A stretch of DNA of 59,516 bases, the filler included, from Squatina squatina (Eukaryota), in assembly GCA_031763465.1 (NCBI GenBank). It is 3 parts of 3 records of this genome, joined end to end, with 100 filler letters (N's around TTAATTAATTAA, not from the genome) between each part and the next. Parts side by side here need not be neighbours in the genome. Positions count along the whole stretch, not along the records: positions 30,886 to 44,311 come from JARFOE010000051.1; positions 44,412 to 59,516 come from JARFOE010000001.1; 1 more part is not named here. The stretch is one strand, 5' to 3'. How positions within the stretch are numbered: the first letter of the stretch is position 1; each line of letters starts with the position of its first letter. Shown here piece by piece: positions 42,990 through 54,714 of this stretch. The position numbers and the translations under genes are program-made. The notes under the pieces were generated by a model, which saw only the letters and a list, made by a program, of their open reading frames with translations, was not told the DNA's origin and did no database searches.

Positions 42990-43153
42990 AAGCATAGGAA
43001 CAAGAGGAGGCCATTGAGCCTGTTCTGCCAGTCAATTTGATCATGGCTGATCTGTACCTCATCTCCATTCATCCACCTCTGCTCCATATCCCTTGATACC
43101 CTTACCTCACAAAATTGACCCAACATCTACAGCCTTTTTGCTGGGGCCGGGGG
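42990..43153 (-). mobile_element. CR1 3' end
   Basis: cataggaacaagaggaggccatt...gatcatggctgatctg; reverse complement of the CR1 tail. Confidence 0.7.
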
Positions 43154-44087
43154 NNNNNNNNNNNNNNNNNNNNNNNNNNNNNNNNNNNNNNNNNNNNNNN
43201 NNNNNNNNNNNNNNNNNNNNNNNNNNNNNNNNNNNNNNNNNNNNNNNNNNNNNTCTCCCTTTCTTATGGAGGCGCAGTGTTTGTCTAGATACTTCTTTTG
43301 CGTTGCAGTTGAAGTGGTTTTAAACTCGAGACGTTTTTTTCCCCTTCCGAATACGAATGAAGTGGCAGGAAACGACATCCGGCCATAAAATACAAAGAGA
43401 AAATGGCGCAGTTTAAATGTTTGTGGCTCTGTCAAGGGAACGAGATTGAAAGAAAGCTGCAGCGGTGGCTCCAGGAACTCCTTACCACTATGTAAAGCAC
43501 TTCCTTTAAAAAAAAATATTAAATGGTTAAAAATTAGACAGCAATTCAATCAAAATTGTCAACTCCAAAAGTTCCCCCTCCTTCAATGATTTTTATTTTT
43601 GGTAGGAAAAGTAATTGAGTATTAAATACTTCACTTGAGGGTTTGTAATTTTTTTGTTTGTGCTCATTAAAATCTCAATGCTGGCAAATAGTCTGATCTT
43701 GGCAGCTTTGTCGAGCCCACTCAACTTTCTTTGTACATGCCACTGTTATAATGTCCTCTACAGTACTACTTGGGTAACCAGCAGTCAAAAGGAAATCAAT
43801 ACAAAAGTGTGCAAGTTTTAACCCTTCAACTACTGAATATTTGCCAGGGAATGAAATATCTTCATTTCACAAAATGCTTTGTACTACATACAGTACAATA
43901 ATACAAATTATAGGACTGTAAAATTAATTTAGGACTCTTAATGCTGGCTTATTGCAGAGTCTAATCAAAATTAATAGTTGATGTGTGACCAACAAGCTGC
44001 CTGAAGGACACATGTGAACCGACACCGGAAGCTTTGAGGCTTCAGATTGACCACTTTTATTTGTAAGATGGGTGGACCAATCTCGGC

Positions 44088-44311
44088 ACAAAAGCAAAAT
44101 ACTAGAATCTGAAATATAAACAGAAAATGCTGGAAAAACTCGGCAGGTCATGCAGCATCTGTGGAGAGAAACAGTTAATTTTTCAGGTCGATGACCCTTC
44201 GTCGGAACTGGAAAAAGGTAGAAATGTAGCAGGTTTCTAAGTGCAGTGGCAGGGAAAGGGTGGGGAGGGGATGAAAGAACAAAGAAAAGTTTGTGATAGG
44301 ATGGAAGGCAG
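44088..44311. mobile_element. Interspersed repeat terminus (possibly Penelope-like)
   Basis: aacagaaaatgctggaaaaactcggcaggtc..gcagcatctgtggagaga; related copies at 33620-33690, 53880-53960 and 59395-59516. Confidence 0.55.
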
Positions 44312-44411
44312 NNNNNNNNNNNNNNNNNNNNNNNNNNNNNNNNNNNNNNNNNNNNTTAATTAATTAANNNNNNNNNNNNNNNNNNNNNNNNNNNNNNNNN
44401 NNNNNNNNNNN
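44312..44411. other. Synthetic scaffold spacer N44-TTAATTAATTAA-N44
   Basis: Identical construct; 12-mer at 44356-44367. Confidence 0.92.
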
Positions 44412-45206
44412 CAATTTCAGGGCCATTGTCATTGGCTCATTACTGATTAACAAATTCACGGTATGCTCTCTTGATATGATGAATAAATATGCATCATCAT
44501 CTCCAGAGCTGCATACAGTAGGTTCAGTTTCAGTAGCTTGCTGCATCTTCTGCTGTTTTGGGCCAGTAATTGTGCATCAGATGTTTATGTAGAGAACTAC
44601 CAATGCATGACTGACAGCACAAGAGATGTGATTTTGTTTCCCACATGCACAACATTCTTAACCCTTTGCTGTTCAATCACAAGTATGGGCAAATTATTTC
44701 CACAGTAATAACACATGTGATTGGAGCTAACTTGGCTTGACTGGGGTTTTGCATTGGCATGATGCAGTACTCACTTGACATTTATCTGGTTGTTAAAGAT
44801 GTGTTGTATAGTTTTGGCAGCTGCTGCATGACATTTGGTTAGATCAAGTGTTCTTACTAGTTCTGAAAGCTCATCGAAGGTGCTCACTTACTCCAAGGAT
44901 TGGCTAAAGAAAATCTTATATAAATATTATTCAATAATCTGTGTTTTAATTTCCTGACCAGCAGCAGTGAAATTTTATTTTGCTGCTTGTCAATGCAAGT
45001 GTGTGCAATAAGCACACTGTAGATTCATTTTTGTGTTGTGTAGCCGGTAGAAATATGATTGACTCATATGTTGTAGTTTGGGACTAAAATAACCAGTTAG
45101 GGCTGCATCATTTCTGATATCAGATAGCACGTTGAATATATCTTGCTTTATAATGGTAATACAAAGTTCTCTTTCAAATAATATTAGTGATATCAAAACT
45201 CGTTAT
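44412..45206 (-). mobile_element. Degenerate Gypsy-type LTR retrotransposon gag
   Basis: Remnant peptides LTGYFSPK, FTAAGQEIKTQII and a double zinc knuckle CYYCGNN...AKG*ECCACGKQNH; broken by stops and frameshifts. Confidence 0.6.
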
Positions 45207-45974
45207 NNNNNNNNNNNNNNNNNNNNNNNNNNNNNNNNNNNNNNNNNNNNNNNNNNNNNNNNNNNNNNNNNNNNNNNNNNNNNNNNNNNNNNNNNNNNNN
45301 NNNNNNAGTGATAGTCTTAACAGAGGACTTTAGGATCATGAAAGGAATAGAGAAGATTGAAATAAGCAAGCTGTTTAACTTGAACAATAAGCATTGAACT
45401 GTACAAGATGCAGAAGCCTTGAGCAAAGTTAGGAATTAGAAAAAAAACTTTTTTCTCATCACAGGACAATGGGCATGACAGGTGTAATTTTCTGCCTTTG
45501 AGCTGCCGAAAGCTTCATCAAATAGTGGCGCATTTCAGAAATTCAGGCACATGCTGCATATGATTTTCCAGCCAATTAAAAATAACTGTATGTGTGAAGT
45601 CAGAAAATTACACCTGACATGTGAATCAGACTCCCAGAGAAGGTTCTTGATTTAAATGGATAGAAAATTTTGGCCTGCTTCTGCCCAAATTTACAATTAG
45701 TGCTTCTACCCTGCCAAGCTCTTATGCCTGGGTGCTGAAGCCCCTTTAAGTTTCACATTGTGTACTGACAGAAATGATGCTTATGATGCTTATGATGCCA
45801 GTGGAATCATCTTAATTCTGCCACAAAATGTAATTAATGAATACTCAAAATCCCACATGTTAAAGGCGGGCATCCAAACTCCTGTCTCTTATCAGCTACT
45901 CTAACTCTTCTATGTTTTTAAATTGGTGGCTAACTCCCTAAGTTACTCAAAACTAAACTATTTGTTAGAATAGA

Positions 45975-46370
45975 GATGATTTGATAGCAGTGTTTAAAAT
46001 TATGAAGGGATCGACAGAATGGATAGCAACAGGCTGTTCCCCGTGTTTGAGGTGTCCAAAACAAGGGAATATAGATTAAATTTCAGAGATTTAGGACAAA
46101 GAGCAGGTAACTTGGGTGGCATATGTTAGTAGCTCAATATGAAACTGTGGAATGCACTACCAGAGTTAGTGGTTGAAGCAGAGACCATGTCAATATTTAA
46201 GAATAGGTTACATATGTGGTTGGGGAAAGAAGGATACAGGAATATAGGAACGGGGCACGTGCATACATATGGGACTGGGACAACTGCTCATTTGGAGGAT
46301 AAACATAAAAATGGACTGGTTGGGCCCAATGGCTTGTTTCCATGCAATAATTTCTATGAATTTTATGTCC
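45975..46370 (+). mobile_element. CR1 3' end, degenerate
   Basis: LWNALPELVVEAETMSIFKNRL and tttctatga tail. Confidence 0.75.
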
Positions 46371-46991
46371 TGGGTTTATTCCCCCATGTGTGCTGGAATA
46401 GCTGTTCTCAGCTGGGGCAACAATAGGGGCACTACAATTGGTGTTCACACTCCAGTGTTCCTACTCCTAATTCCTCTGCAGTGGGATTAGGAGTATCCTT
46501 ATAGTAGTACACGTGTGTAGGTGTTGACAGTTTCACGCTTGGCTATGATGCACCTGCAGTCGGATAGACTGTTAACGTCAATGGTGACACATGAATAACG
46601 GCCACTTGCATGAGGCACTAGAAGGTAATTAGTTCACATGGAGCTGTACCCAAACAGAGAGTCGACTTTTTGAGGAGAGGAGAGTAGCAGATAAAAAATG
46701 GCAACAAAGAAAAAAAAACTATAAGCTACAGGCTGTATGTTAACATATGTTTTGTGTAGAACTCCCCGGTAGGTCCTCCAATGGGCTCATGTTAAAGCCN
46801 NNNNNNNNNNNNNNNNNNNNNNNNNNNNNNNNNNNNNNNNNNNNNNNNNNNNNNNNNNNNNNNNNNNNNNNNNNNNNNNNNNNNNNNNNNNNNNNNNNNC
46901 ATATATATTTAATAAGATCAATCTAATCTAGAGAGACTGCAATATGAAAGTATAATCAGTATAATTATTTGCTCTGATAAATCTAATACAC

Positions 46992-47406
46992 CTTGCCAGC
47001 CACTCCGCCTGCTTTGTCTCCAAGTGTTCATTCATTTAATCTTCAATCTGAAGATAACTGGAAAATAAGCATCATATACTTTCTTAGTTGTTCTCAGTTA
47101 ACTCTCTCAGCGATTAAGAAATGTGCTATTAATCATACAGTAACCTGGCATATCGTGATCTGCCATACATATAAGTTGCTTGTTGCTTTTAAATCCTGTT
47201 TTAAGCTGTCTGGACTGGCTTGGTTAAAATATGATAAAGCACAGTCCAAATAGCTCACCTGAATGTCATACGACTCAAAAGTAAAGATCTGTCCTTCAGC
47301 TGAACTTTGCCTTAGTTACTCAGGGGAGGGAGAAAGCACGTGAAAAAGGCTATGGTGTTTCAGCTGTTACACTGTAGCAGAATGTTTGCCTCATGTCAGA
47401 TGCAGA
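46992..47406 (-). pseudogene. Exons M (47406-47259) and N (47047-46992)
   Basis: gacttgtag|SASDMRQTFCYSVTAETP*.../QSSAEGQIFTFESYDIQ|gtgagc; ttatcttcag|IED*MNEHLETKQAEWLA AG|gtgtat. Confidence 0.42.
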
Positions 47407-47505
47407 CTACAAGTCAAAGCAGAAGATATATAAAGCGTAAGGCCTAATGGGATCCATATCAAAATGTTCCACAGTTGTAAACTGCCTTTGACAAGAAAAA
47501 CTCAC

Positions 47506-47691
47506 AGTTCAGCTGTCATCATGCATATGTAGTACAGCTGCTTGCTCCATCTCGGGGAGGTGAAGTGAAAAGAATACACCTTTTTTGTCCTTGTGAACGC
47601 TTGGAAAAATCCACTTGGAATACCAAGCCTGCAGTGCTCAGTGTCACAAGGCTTTTGATTCAATATATTTCAAGAGAAAACTTTACAGATA
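47506..47691 (-). pseudogene. Exon L (186 nt)
   Basis: tttcctgctctag|YL*SFLLKYIESKAL*H*ALQAWYSKWIFPSVHKDKKGVFFSLHLPEMEQAAVLHMHDDS*T|gtgagt; exactly 62 codons, phase 0-0. Confidence 0.55.
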
Positions 47692-48484
47692 CTAGAGCAG
47701 GAAATATCAAACNNNNNNNNNNNNNNNNNNNNNNNNNNNNNNNNNNNNNNNNNNNNNNNNNNNNNNNNNNNNNNNNNNNNNNNNNNNNNNNNNNNNNNNN
47801 NNNNNNNNNNNNTAATTTGGAACTCTTGCAAAATATGTCATCTCTGACAAGAAGCTTACCTCATAACTGCCACTATTTATTCAATTTTATTTACTGAAAT
47901 GAGCAAAACTAATTGGAGAGGAGGACTTGTATATCTTGCTGTTAATATTTGCATTCAACTATTTGTTAAGAACATAACAGTAGGGTAAATGAAAGTGTTA
48001 AATGTGGTTACAATAGATAACATACAATAATAACTTTTGACTTGGCATAGTTTGCAACTTTACTGTAAATATGCCAAACCCACATTAAAACAGTGTGCCA
48101 GATTATTTGATCAAGCAGTTTAGAAAAGCCCGTTCATATACTGAGCTGTGAGAACTTATGTAAAGCACCGGAGGCTGAAGCACATTTAATCAAGTACATT
48201 GCAGGAGTACCCCATTTCCAGCTGAGAGGAGCTATGCTACAGAGAGAATCCCAAGGTTACAAGTATAATTCATGGTAATATTGTTGGGATTCAAAGAATA
48301 ACTGCTGATTCTGTGCCTGGAATACAGTTTTTATAAATTACCACAGCCTCAGATAGGAGACTACTAATCATTGCAACAAACACAAATTCCAATGCAGACA
48401 GCATCTGTAAATCACTAAATTGATTTATAGCAGATTGAATTTCAAAGTCCACTTCAAATGTTGCTTTTAGATCAACACCCTTAC

Positions 48485-48737
48485 CAAAAAGTATTCATGG
48501 CATGGTCTTTTTCACGTAGAGAAATCATCACTATAAATTAGCAAGAAATTAATCAAGGAGTTTACAGAAACTGTTCTAAAATCAAGTTGATTTTGCCATT
48601 CCTGCCCTCAGAATCTGAAAAGTCTGCCTTGCTCATCCCTCGGTCAATCCTGCAGATCAGCTTGGATTAAGAGAACATTGTCAGTTCACAGCTTGTTTAG
48701 ACAACTGCAATGATGGAGAATTCCATGATCATTACTT
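48485..48737 (-). pseudogene. Exon K (253 nt, four TGA stops)
   Basis: gtttattag|(x)SNDHGILHHCSCLNKL*TDNVLLIQADLQD*PRDEQGRLFRF*GQEWQNQLDFRTVSVNSLINFLLIYSDDFST*KRPCHEYFL|gtaagg; phase 2 to 0. Confidence 0.45.
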
Positions 48738-49991
48738 CTAATAAACAACACCAGCAAGGTTTTTTAAAAAAAATTTAGGAATAGATGTGACTCATGACAT
48801 TAAATGTACATTAAATTTAAGGATTTAAATATGTTTTCTTTGTTTGGATTTGTAATTGATCTGTATTTCATGCAGATACATAGAAAAATTAACAATTTGT
48901 CTGGGCTGTATCACAGTGAGTTGTAACTTATTCTAGGTCTGTACAGAAATGCATATATTTGCTGTAGAGCAGCACTATCTGTTTGCACCTAGAGAATAAC
49001 AAGTNNNNNNNNNNNNNNNNNNNNNNNNNNNNNNNNNNNNNNNNNNNNNNNNNNNNNNNNNNNNNNNNNNNNNNNNNNNNNNNNNNNNNNNNNNNNNNNN
49101 NNNNTTGCTGCTGGAAAACCTCATCAAACACTAAATTATTCATATTGTACAAGCAATCGAATTTAAATAAGAATCAAAAGCAAGGCCAGTCATGCTATTA
49201 TCATTTGCCAAGTTAGCTGCTCCATCCAACATAATGAGTCTGAAATCTGTTAAGCTTTTGTTTTACATTAGCCATGCTGGGCAGTGGAGGAATTATTGGC
49301 AAGGAAGCATAGGTTGATTGAAAAAAAATTCATTGTATTGTCACAAGCATCTTGCTGGGTCTTTTATGTGGGTATGCAGAAAGTGGAAACTTAACCCTGC
49401 TGACATCCAACGGTCACACGCACGTTGACTGCTCAGCAGTCTTTAGGAGGGCAAGTTTCGGTTTCCTTCCTTTGGTTTTGAAAATGCATTCAGTGCATCA
49501 AATGAAGTTTTAAATTACACTTATTCTTTAAACAAAATAGCATTTTTCAGGGGCATGAAAGAGTACAGTATTAGCAAGTATTCTGAGAATTCAAGATTCA
49601 GCAGCTGATTTGTCTCACCATCCTTCCAAGATCACTATCACTGATTTCCATTAGCTGGAAGTAAGTGAATTCCATTATATGGTCTTGTCAATAGGTTTAA
49701 AAACACACAAGACTTTAAGCTCTATTGTTATGATTTAAATGTTATCAACATGATCCCGACTGGATGTGCATAATGGGGAAAGGATTGATGTTCAGCCTTA
49801 CATTGTTGATTACCATTATAATGTGAAGATTCATTTCAACTCTGTGCTTCTTTATGACAGGCATTTATTAAATGCCTAGAACAAGTTTTCTAGTTTTGTA
49901 CTCTCATTGCCCTTCCAGTGACATCATGTTGCTGTACGCAGGCAATGATGTCACTATTCCCACAAGCCTCCTTTGTAGGGGNNNNNNNNNN

Positions 49992-50224
49992 AACGTTTAC
50001 TTTCACCTTCTCATTTCACGCCTGGGTAATTAGATCCTTCACTGTCAACGTTTCTCTCTCAATTCTATTCCCTCTGAGGATGTAAAAATACTTACCCTGC
50101 CTCTGACACAAATTTAGCAATCTATGACAGCACACTTACTGTAGTTCTTTTTCCAAATCAACACAATAGATTATAAATGCTGCCTCTTTATTTCGGAAAT
50201 CACAGCAAATGTTTGGCAAAAATA
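49992..50224 (-). pseudogene. Exons I and J (partial, 66-nt intron)
   Basis: ..LPNICCDFRNKEAAFIIYCVDLEKEL CA|gtaagt (50140), then catcctcag|A GNRIERETLTVKDLITQA*NEKVKVNV (from 50073). Phases match; the intron is unusually short. Confidence 0.4.
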
Positions 50225-50652
50225 NNNNNNNNNNNNNNNNNNNNNNNNNNNNNNNNNNNNNNNNNNNNNNNNNNNNNNNNNNNNNNNNNNNNNNNNNNNN
50301 NNNNNNNNNNNNNNNNNNNNNNNNCTTGAAGGGCCGAATGGCCTACTCCTGCACCTATTTTCTATGTTTCTATGTTTAAGACTGGAAAAATACTCTATTC
50401 CTAGTGTTGATGTCACTCATATTGAACCCGAAAACAAAATTCACAGTTGAGTAAATGTGCCTCTATTTTGTATAGTATTGAGACAATTGCCATGTTACAT
50501 TATGGTCAGGTTCTTATTTCACTGTTTTAAATTCTCTTTCTGGTCTTTCCCTATTGCTGGTGTCAATTCTCTCACCATCCCTGTTCCCAATCCCCATGTG
50601 AGGCGTTACCATGGCGTCTGTTTTTATTCTCTTGCGCTAATTATGCACTTGC

Positions 50653-50886
50653 CTTGGAGAGCTTGGAGACCAGTCTTTGGTGGGACCACGTGGAGTTGTA
50701 CACCCCAGGGGGGCAGAGAGGGATGGGTTCATTAGTTGGCTCTCAGGATACTGGATGCTGACGTGGAAGGTCGTGACAGCATCACTGCTGAGAGTCATTG
50801 AATCCAAAGCTGGAATCAAAATAAAAGGCAAATCGGACTCTCTGACTGTGCCGTGCTCTTTTAGGGAACTGTTCAGTGATAGCTGT
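50653..50886 (-). pseudogene. Exon H (234 nt, open)
   Basis: tttaattctttcag|(x)QLSLNSSLKEHGTVRESDLPFILIPALDSMTLSSDAVTTFHVSIQYPESQLMNPSLSAPLGCTTPRGPTKDWSPSSP AG|gcaagt; strong acceptor, GC-type donor, phase 2-2. Confidence 0.6.
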
Positions 50887-50939
50887 CTGAAAGAATTAAA
50901 ACAAAATGTAATTTAATTCTTTATTAAAGAAAAAATATA

Positions 50940-51090
50940 TCAACGGAATTGGATAAGTACCTGAAGGGAAAAAAATTGCAGGGCTACGGGGAAAGGGCGG
51001 GAGAGTGGGATTAGTTAAAGTGCTCTTGCAGAGGGCCGGCACGGGCCCGACGGGCCGAATGGCCTCCTTCTGTAGCTATTCTATGATTTG
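50940..51090 (+). mobile_element. CR1 3' tail inside the decayed gene
   Basis: gaattggataagtacctgaaggga...gggccgaatggcctccttctgtagctattctatgatt; CpGs intact. Confidence 0.82.
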
Positions 51091-51421
51091 GAGTGCAAAG
51101 AACAGTTGGTTTTGAATATTGCAATGATAATTTTTCCTTCTGGCTGCAGAACCCTTCCAATGGCCGGGATGGGCTGCACAGGATAGTAAAGGCAACTACA
51201 TCACCCTATATAAGCAAGCAGAATGCTCATATCATCTATAGACAGGACAAAGGTGACATTAATACCTTCCAGAAGGGGTGCTGGCTCCTCAGGAGGGGCT
51301 AAAGAAAGGAGCTCATTTCTCACTACTGAAGCCAGTGGCAGCAACCTTCTACTTTCTGTTTCTTTTAAAGGATTTGTGTCGAAAGCAGTTCATAGACCAG
51401 CACACAAGATGATTTAGAGCT
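51090..51421 (-). pseudogene. Exon G (about 330 nt), ends at a CR1 tail
   Basis: ccataacttag|(E)L*IILCAGL*TAFDTNPLKETESRRLLPLASVVRNELLSLAPPEEPAPLLEGINVTFVLSIDDMSILLAYIG*CSCLYYPVQPIPAIGRVLQPEGKIIIAIFKTNCSLHS; no donor seen at the CR1 junction. Confidence 0.55.
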
Positions 51422-52010
51422 CTAAGTTATGGAAAATTGAACTTACTTGTGCTGGAGAAAAGGTCGAGAAGACGTGTGATCCAGAGTTAATAAAACTTTG
51501 ACAGAAATGGATAATGTACATTTACATGCAAACAGCTGACTCAAATTAGGCTCTGAATGCAAACCTATAGGACACAAGAATAAAACAAATAAGCCTGAAG
51601 CAAGACATAAAATCTTCAGGATTTTCCTCCCTCAAATTACTGAATTATGTGGAATCAACTCCCAGTTAGTGTAGTTAATGCTATGTTGATTAACATCTTC
51701 AATAAAGAGTTAGATAAATATCTAATTAGGAAGGAATTTAAGATTATGAGTTAAAGTGCAGATAGAAATAATTGAATGCTGTGTGAAATTTGATGGTTAT
51801 TGAACTGCTGGGACTATGTAACTAACATGTTCATGAAAGTGGTGGGTGCACGCGTGTGCGTGTGTGTGGTGTCTTTGCGGGAGATTAAATGTAGAATAGA
51901 TGGCATTATANNNNNNNNNNNNNNNNNNNNNNNNNNNNNNNNNNNNNNNNNNNNNNNNNNNNNNNNNNNNNNNNNNNNNNNNNNNNNNNNNNNNNNNNNN
52001 NNNNNNNNNN

Positions 52011-52256
52011 AAGGCCTTCACTCAGGAGGGTTGTGAATCTTTGGAATTCTCTACCCCAGAGGGCTGTGGATGCTCAGTCATAGAATATATTCAAGGTTGA
52101 GATTGATAGATTTTTGAACTCGAAGGGAATCAAGGGAATGAGGATCAGGCAGGAAAGTGGCGTTGTGGTTAAAGATCAGCCACAATCTTATTGAACGGTG
52201 GAGCAGGCTCGAAGGGCCGTATGGCCTGCTCCTGATCAAGTTTTTATGTTCTTATT
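52011..52256 (+). mobile_element. CR1 3' end
   Basis: ttcactcaggagggttgtgaatctttggaattctctacccca..., similar to 36355-36520. Confidence 0.8.
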
Positions 52257-53970
52257 TCTCTGGCATGCCTTCTCTCATCCTTTGCCACTTTCATCATGAA
52301 ATACTGTATGGGGGAAGGGGTCTTCAAAACCAACTCTTATCAATCATTTTACCTTGAATTGCTGACAACCCACAGGATTCTATAGCTTACACTTAAATTG
52401 TCTCATCACTGCCTGAGGTTCCGTGAAAATTAGTATCAAGAATGTTCCTTTTTATGTCCCCTCCTTTTTTTCCATCTCCTCCTGTTTTATTGAAATCTTG
52501 CCAATGTTTTAATGAATTGATTTTCCAGTGAATTTGCGATCAAAATTTGATTATTTTGGGCTGAATTTAAATGTCACCTATGATATGATCAAATTAAAAT
52601 TATACCAGAAAAAATGCCAAGATTAAAATAAAACTTTTTTTAATTGCCAAAAAAATAATGAAAGATGCACTAAAAATGAACCATTAAACTGAACATGAAA
52701 AGAAAAATTGCAAAGAACTCCTTGCTACTTTAAGAGCACATGGAGCTTCCCCTTAGGCTTAGTCCAGATGGGTTTAGAAAGCAAACAGTGCAATCACAGT
52801 GGCAAAGCCGGGAAATCACACCTTCAGTCTATTTAAATATTTTTCCATAATTCTGTCCATTTTAATGAGGCTCTTACACAACTTGTGTAAGGGCATTCTT
52901 AACCATAATTTTCCCCCGCGTGCATTGCATCAGTTGAGAAATGTGGCTAAAGGCTGTTTGCCTGATTTTCCAGTCCCTGATCACCCAATTCACATTAGAG
53001 CAGCTGGTGAAGTGAGTCAGAAAACTTACCCTCATATGCCATAGAATTCGGAGTTCAATTGAGTGGATCACACGGGCAGGTGTGAAAAGCTCATTTAACA
53101 GTTCTGCCAATTCTTATCCTCCATAATATATCTAACCCTCCCCCGCATGCCTCCTGCCACTGTGCCTCCATGGATCTTCCAATCTTTAACGTGCCAACTA
53201 TTATTAAATGTGGCTAACACTTTTTTTGGATCTTTCCTGCTGCTCTCTACAATCTACTGTTCTCGTCCCTTATCTCTTCATTCATTTAATTTTACTTATA
53301 CTCCACCAACTTTTGCATGACTGCAAGTATGATGGAGAGAAATTCAACCTTATTTCACCTGTGTTTTGGGTGAAAAATTAAGATTGTAGTGATGAATTTC
53401 AGCTCACACCCTTTCATACGCAATCTCCCCCCAGAAATGTGCCAGCCCGTGACTTCCAGGTGTTTTGACATTATTGCATTTAGAGCCCAATGCAAAAATG
53501 ATGAAAAATGGGCGGAACATGCAGGTAAGTTCCAGGTTTTCAGCGGTCTAACCAGTGGTCCTTAAAAGGGACTACTGGAGACTTCCCATAGCAAGGGCAA
53601 ATGTTTTAATAGCTTCCTGTGGAGTCAGGAGGAACAGGAGTACTCCACAATACTGCAAGTTACTGCTGGCTCTGGCTCACCTTTTGTATCGCATCAGACC
53701 TGGCCGAAATTCGTAAGGCCCCAACCGGTAAGATGCATCAAGGACACCTGATCCGTAGCTCGGTGGTTTCATGTGGCTGAGGCCCGAGGCCCAATTTCAA
53801 ACGGGTCCCAGGCCGACATCTTCGGGCATGCATTCCCAGCACGCTGCCCATTTCGCACGAGTTGAATTAATTTGTCTTTTCTCCTTCAGATGCTGATTGA
53901 CACTGCTATGAACTCCTAGTAATGTCTGCTTTTATTTCAGACAATCAGCATGTGTGGTTTTCCTTCTTAC

Positions 53971-54111
53971 CTCATTGTTATATTCCTTGAGGTAGGCCTG
54001 AACTTTGAAACTGCATTAATGGTCACGCAACAGCTCAAATATGCCTGCTTTTTTTTCACTTCATATACACAGCAACAAGAGAGTGGTAACATTTTATGAC
54101 CAGGTAAATAT
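53971..54111 (-). pseudogene. Exon F (141 nt, frame ambiguous)
   Basis: cactcacatag| ... GAG|gtaaga; one reading is (D)IYLVIKCYHSLVAVYMK*KK/AGIFELLRDH*CSFKVQAYLKEYNNE with a slip in an A8 run. Confidence 0.45.
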
Positions 54112-54487
54112 CTATGTGAGTGCAAACCAAAGGAATAGAGAGAAAGTCACTGATCTGGGTGCTATAGGACACCACTTATTATTTCTGTAATTTGAAGAGG
54201 GGAGCTAAATTCTGATGTGAATGCAATATAATTTGAGAGTGAATTCAATAATTATAACTAAATAACTTTCTGCATATCCTAGAGTGAATATGTAAGGAAG
54301 TTGAAAGAGTACAAGAGGATTGGAAAAACAGATAAGTGATAAAAACACAGGAAAAATAATCATCTCAATTTTTTTAAAAAACTGAACAGCATTGCTGCAA
54401 ATGGAGGAGAAACCTGAAGGAGAAAAGGATTAAACAGACCTCAAGGGGAAGAAAAATATTCCTCTGACTTTTTAAATAAATATTTAC

Positions 54488-54714
54488 CATATCTCCTATC
54501 TATTTATAATAGCGTCATGCCTTCACAGTAATAACTTTTCCATGAACGGGCTCTGCCAGATTGGCCCCGTGTCTTGTCTAGAGCATCACCTCCCATTAAA
54601 ATCAAATGCGGCTATTCCAGGAGACACGCAGGTGCCTCCATAGACTACATTGCTGAAACATCTTAAGGAGCAATAGAGACACAAAATGGTAACTTTCCTT
54701 GAGAGGAAAAAATT
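54488..54714 (-). pseudogene. Exon E (227 nt, disrupted)
   Basis: catcttttag| ... |gtaaat; no fully open frame. Most plausible reading IFSSQGKLPFCVSIAP*DVSAM*SMEAPACLLE*PHLILMGGDALDKTRGQSGRARSWKSYYCEGMTLL*IDRRY requires a frameshift at the start. Confidence 0.45.

Noticed and set aside
29656-44311. EIF3K nested inside EFEMP1
   Set aside because: A synthetic spacer separates them.
53030-53131. Additional exon candidate (ELAELLNELFTPARVIHSIELRILWHMR|gtaagt)
   Set aside because: Poor acceptor, repeat-like context, and it does not fix the F-G phase mismatch.
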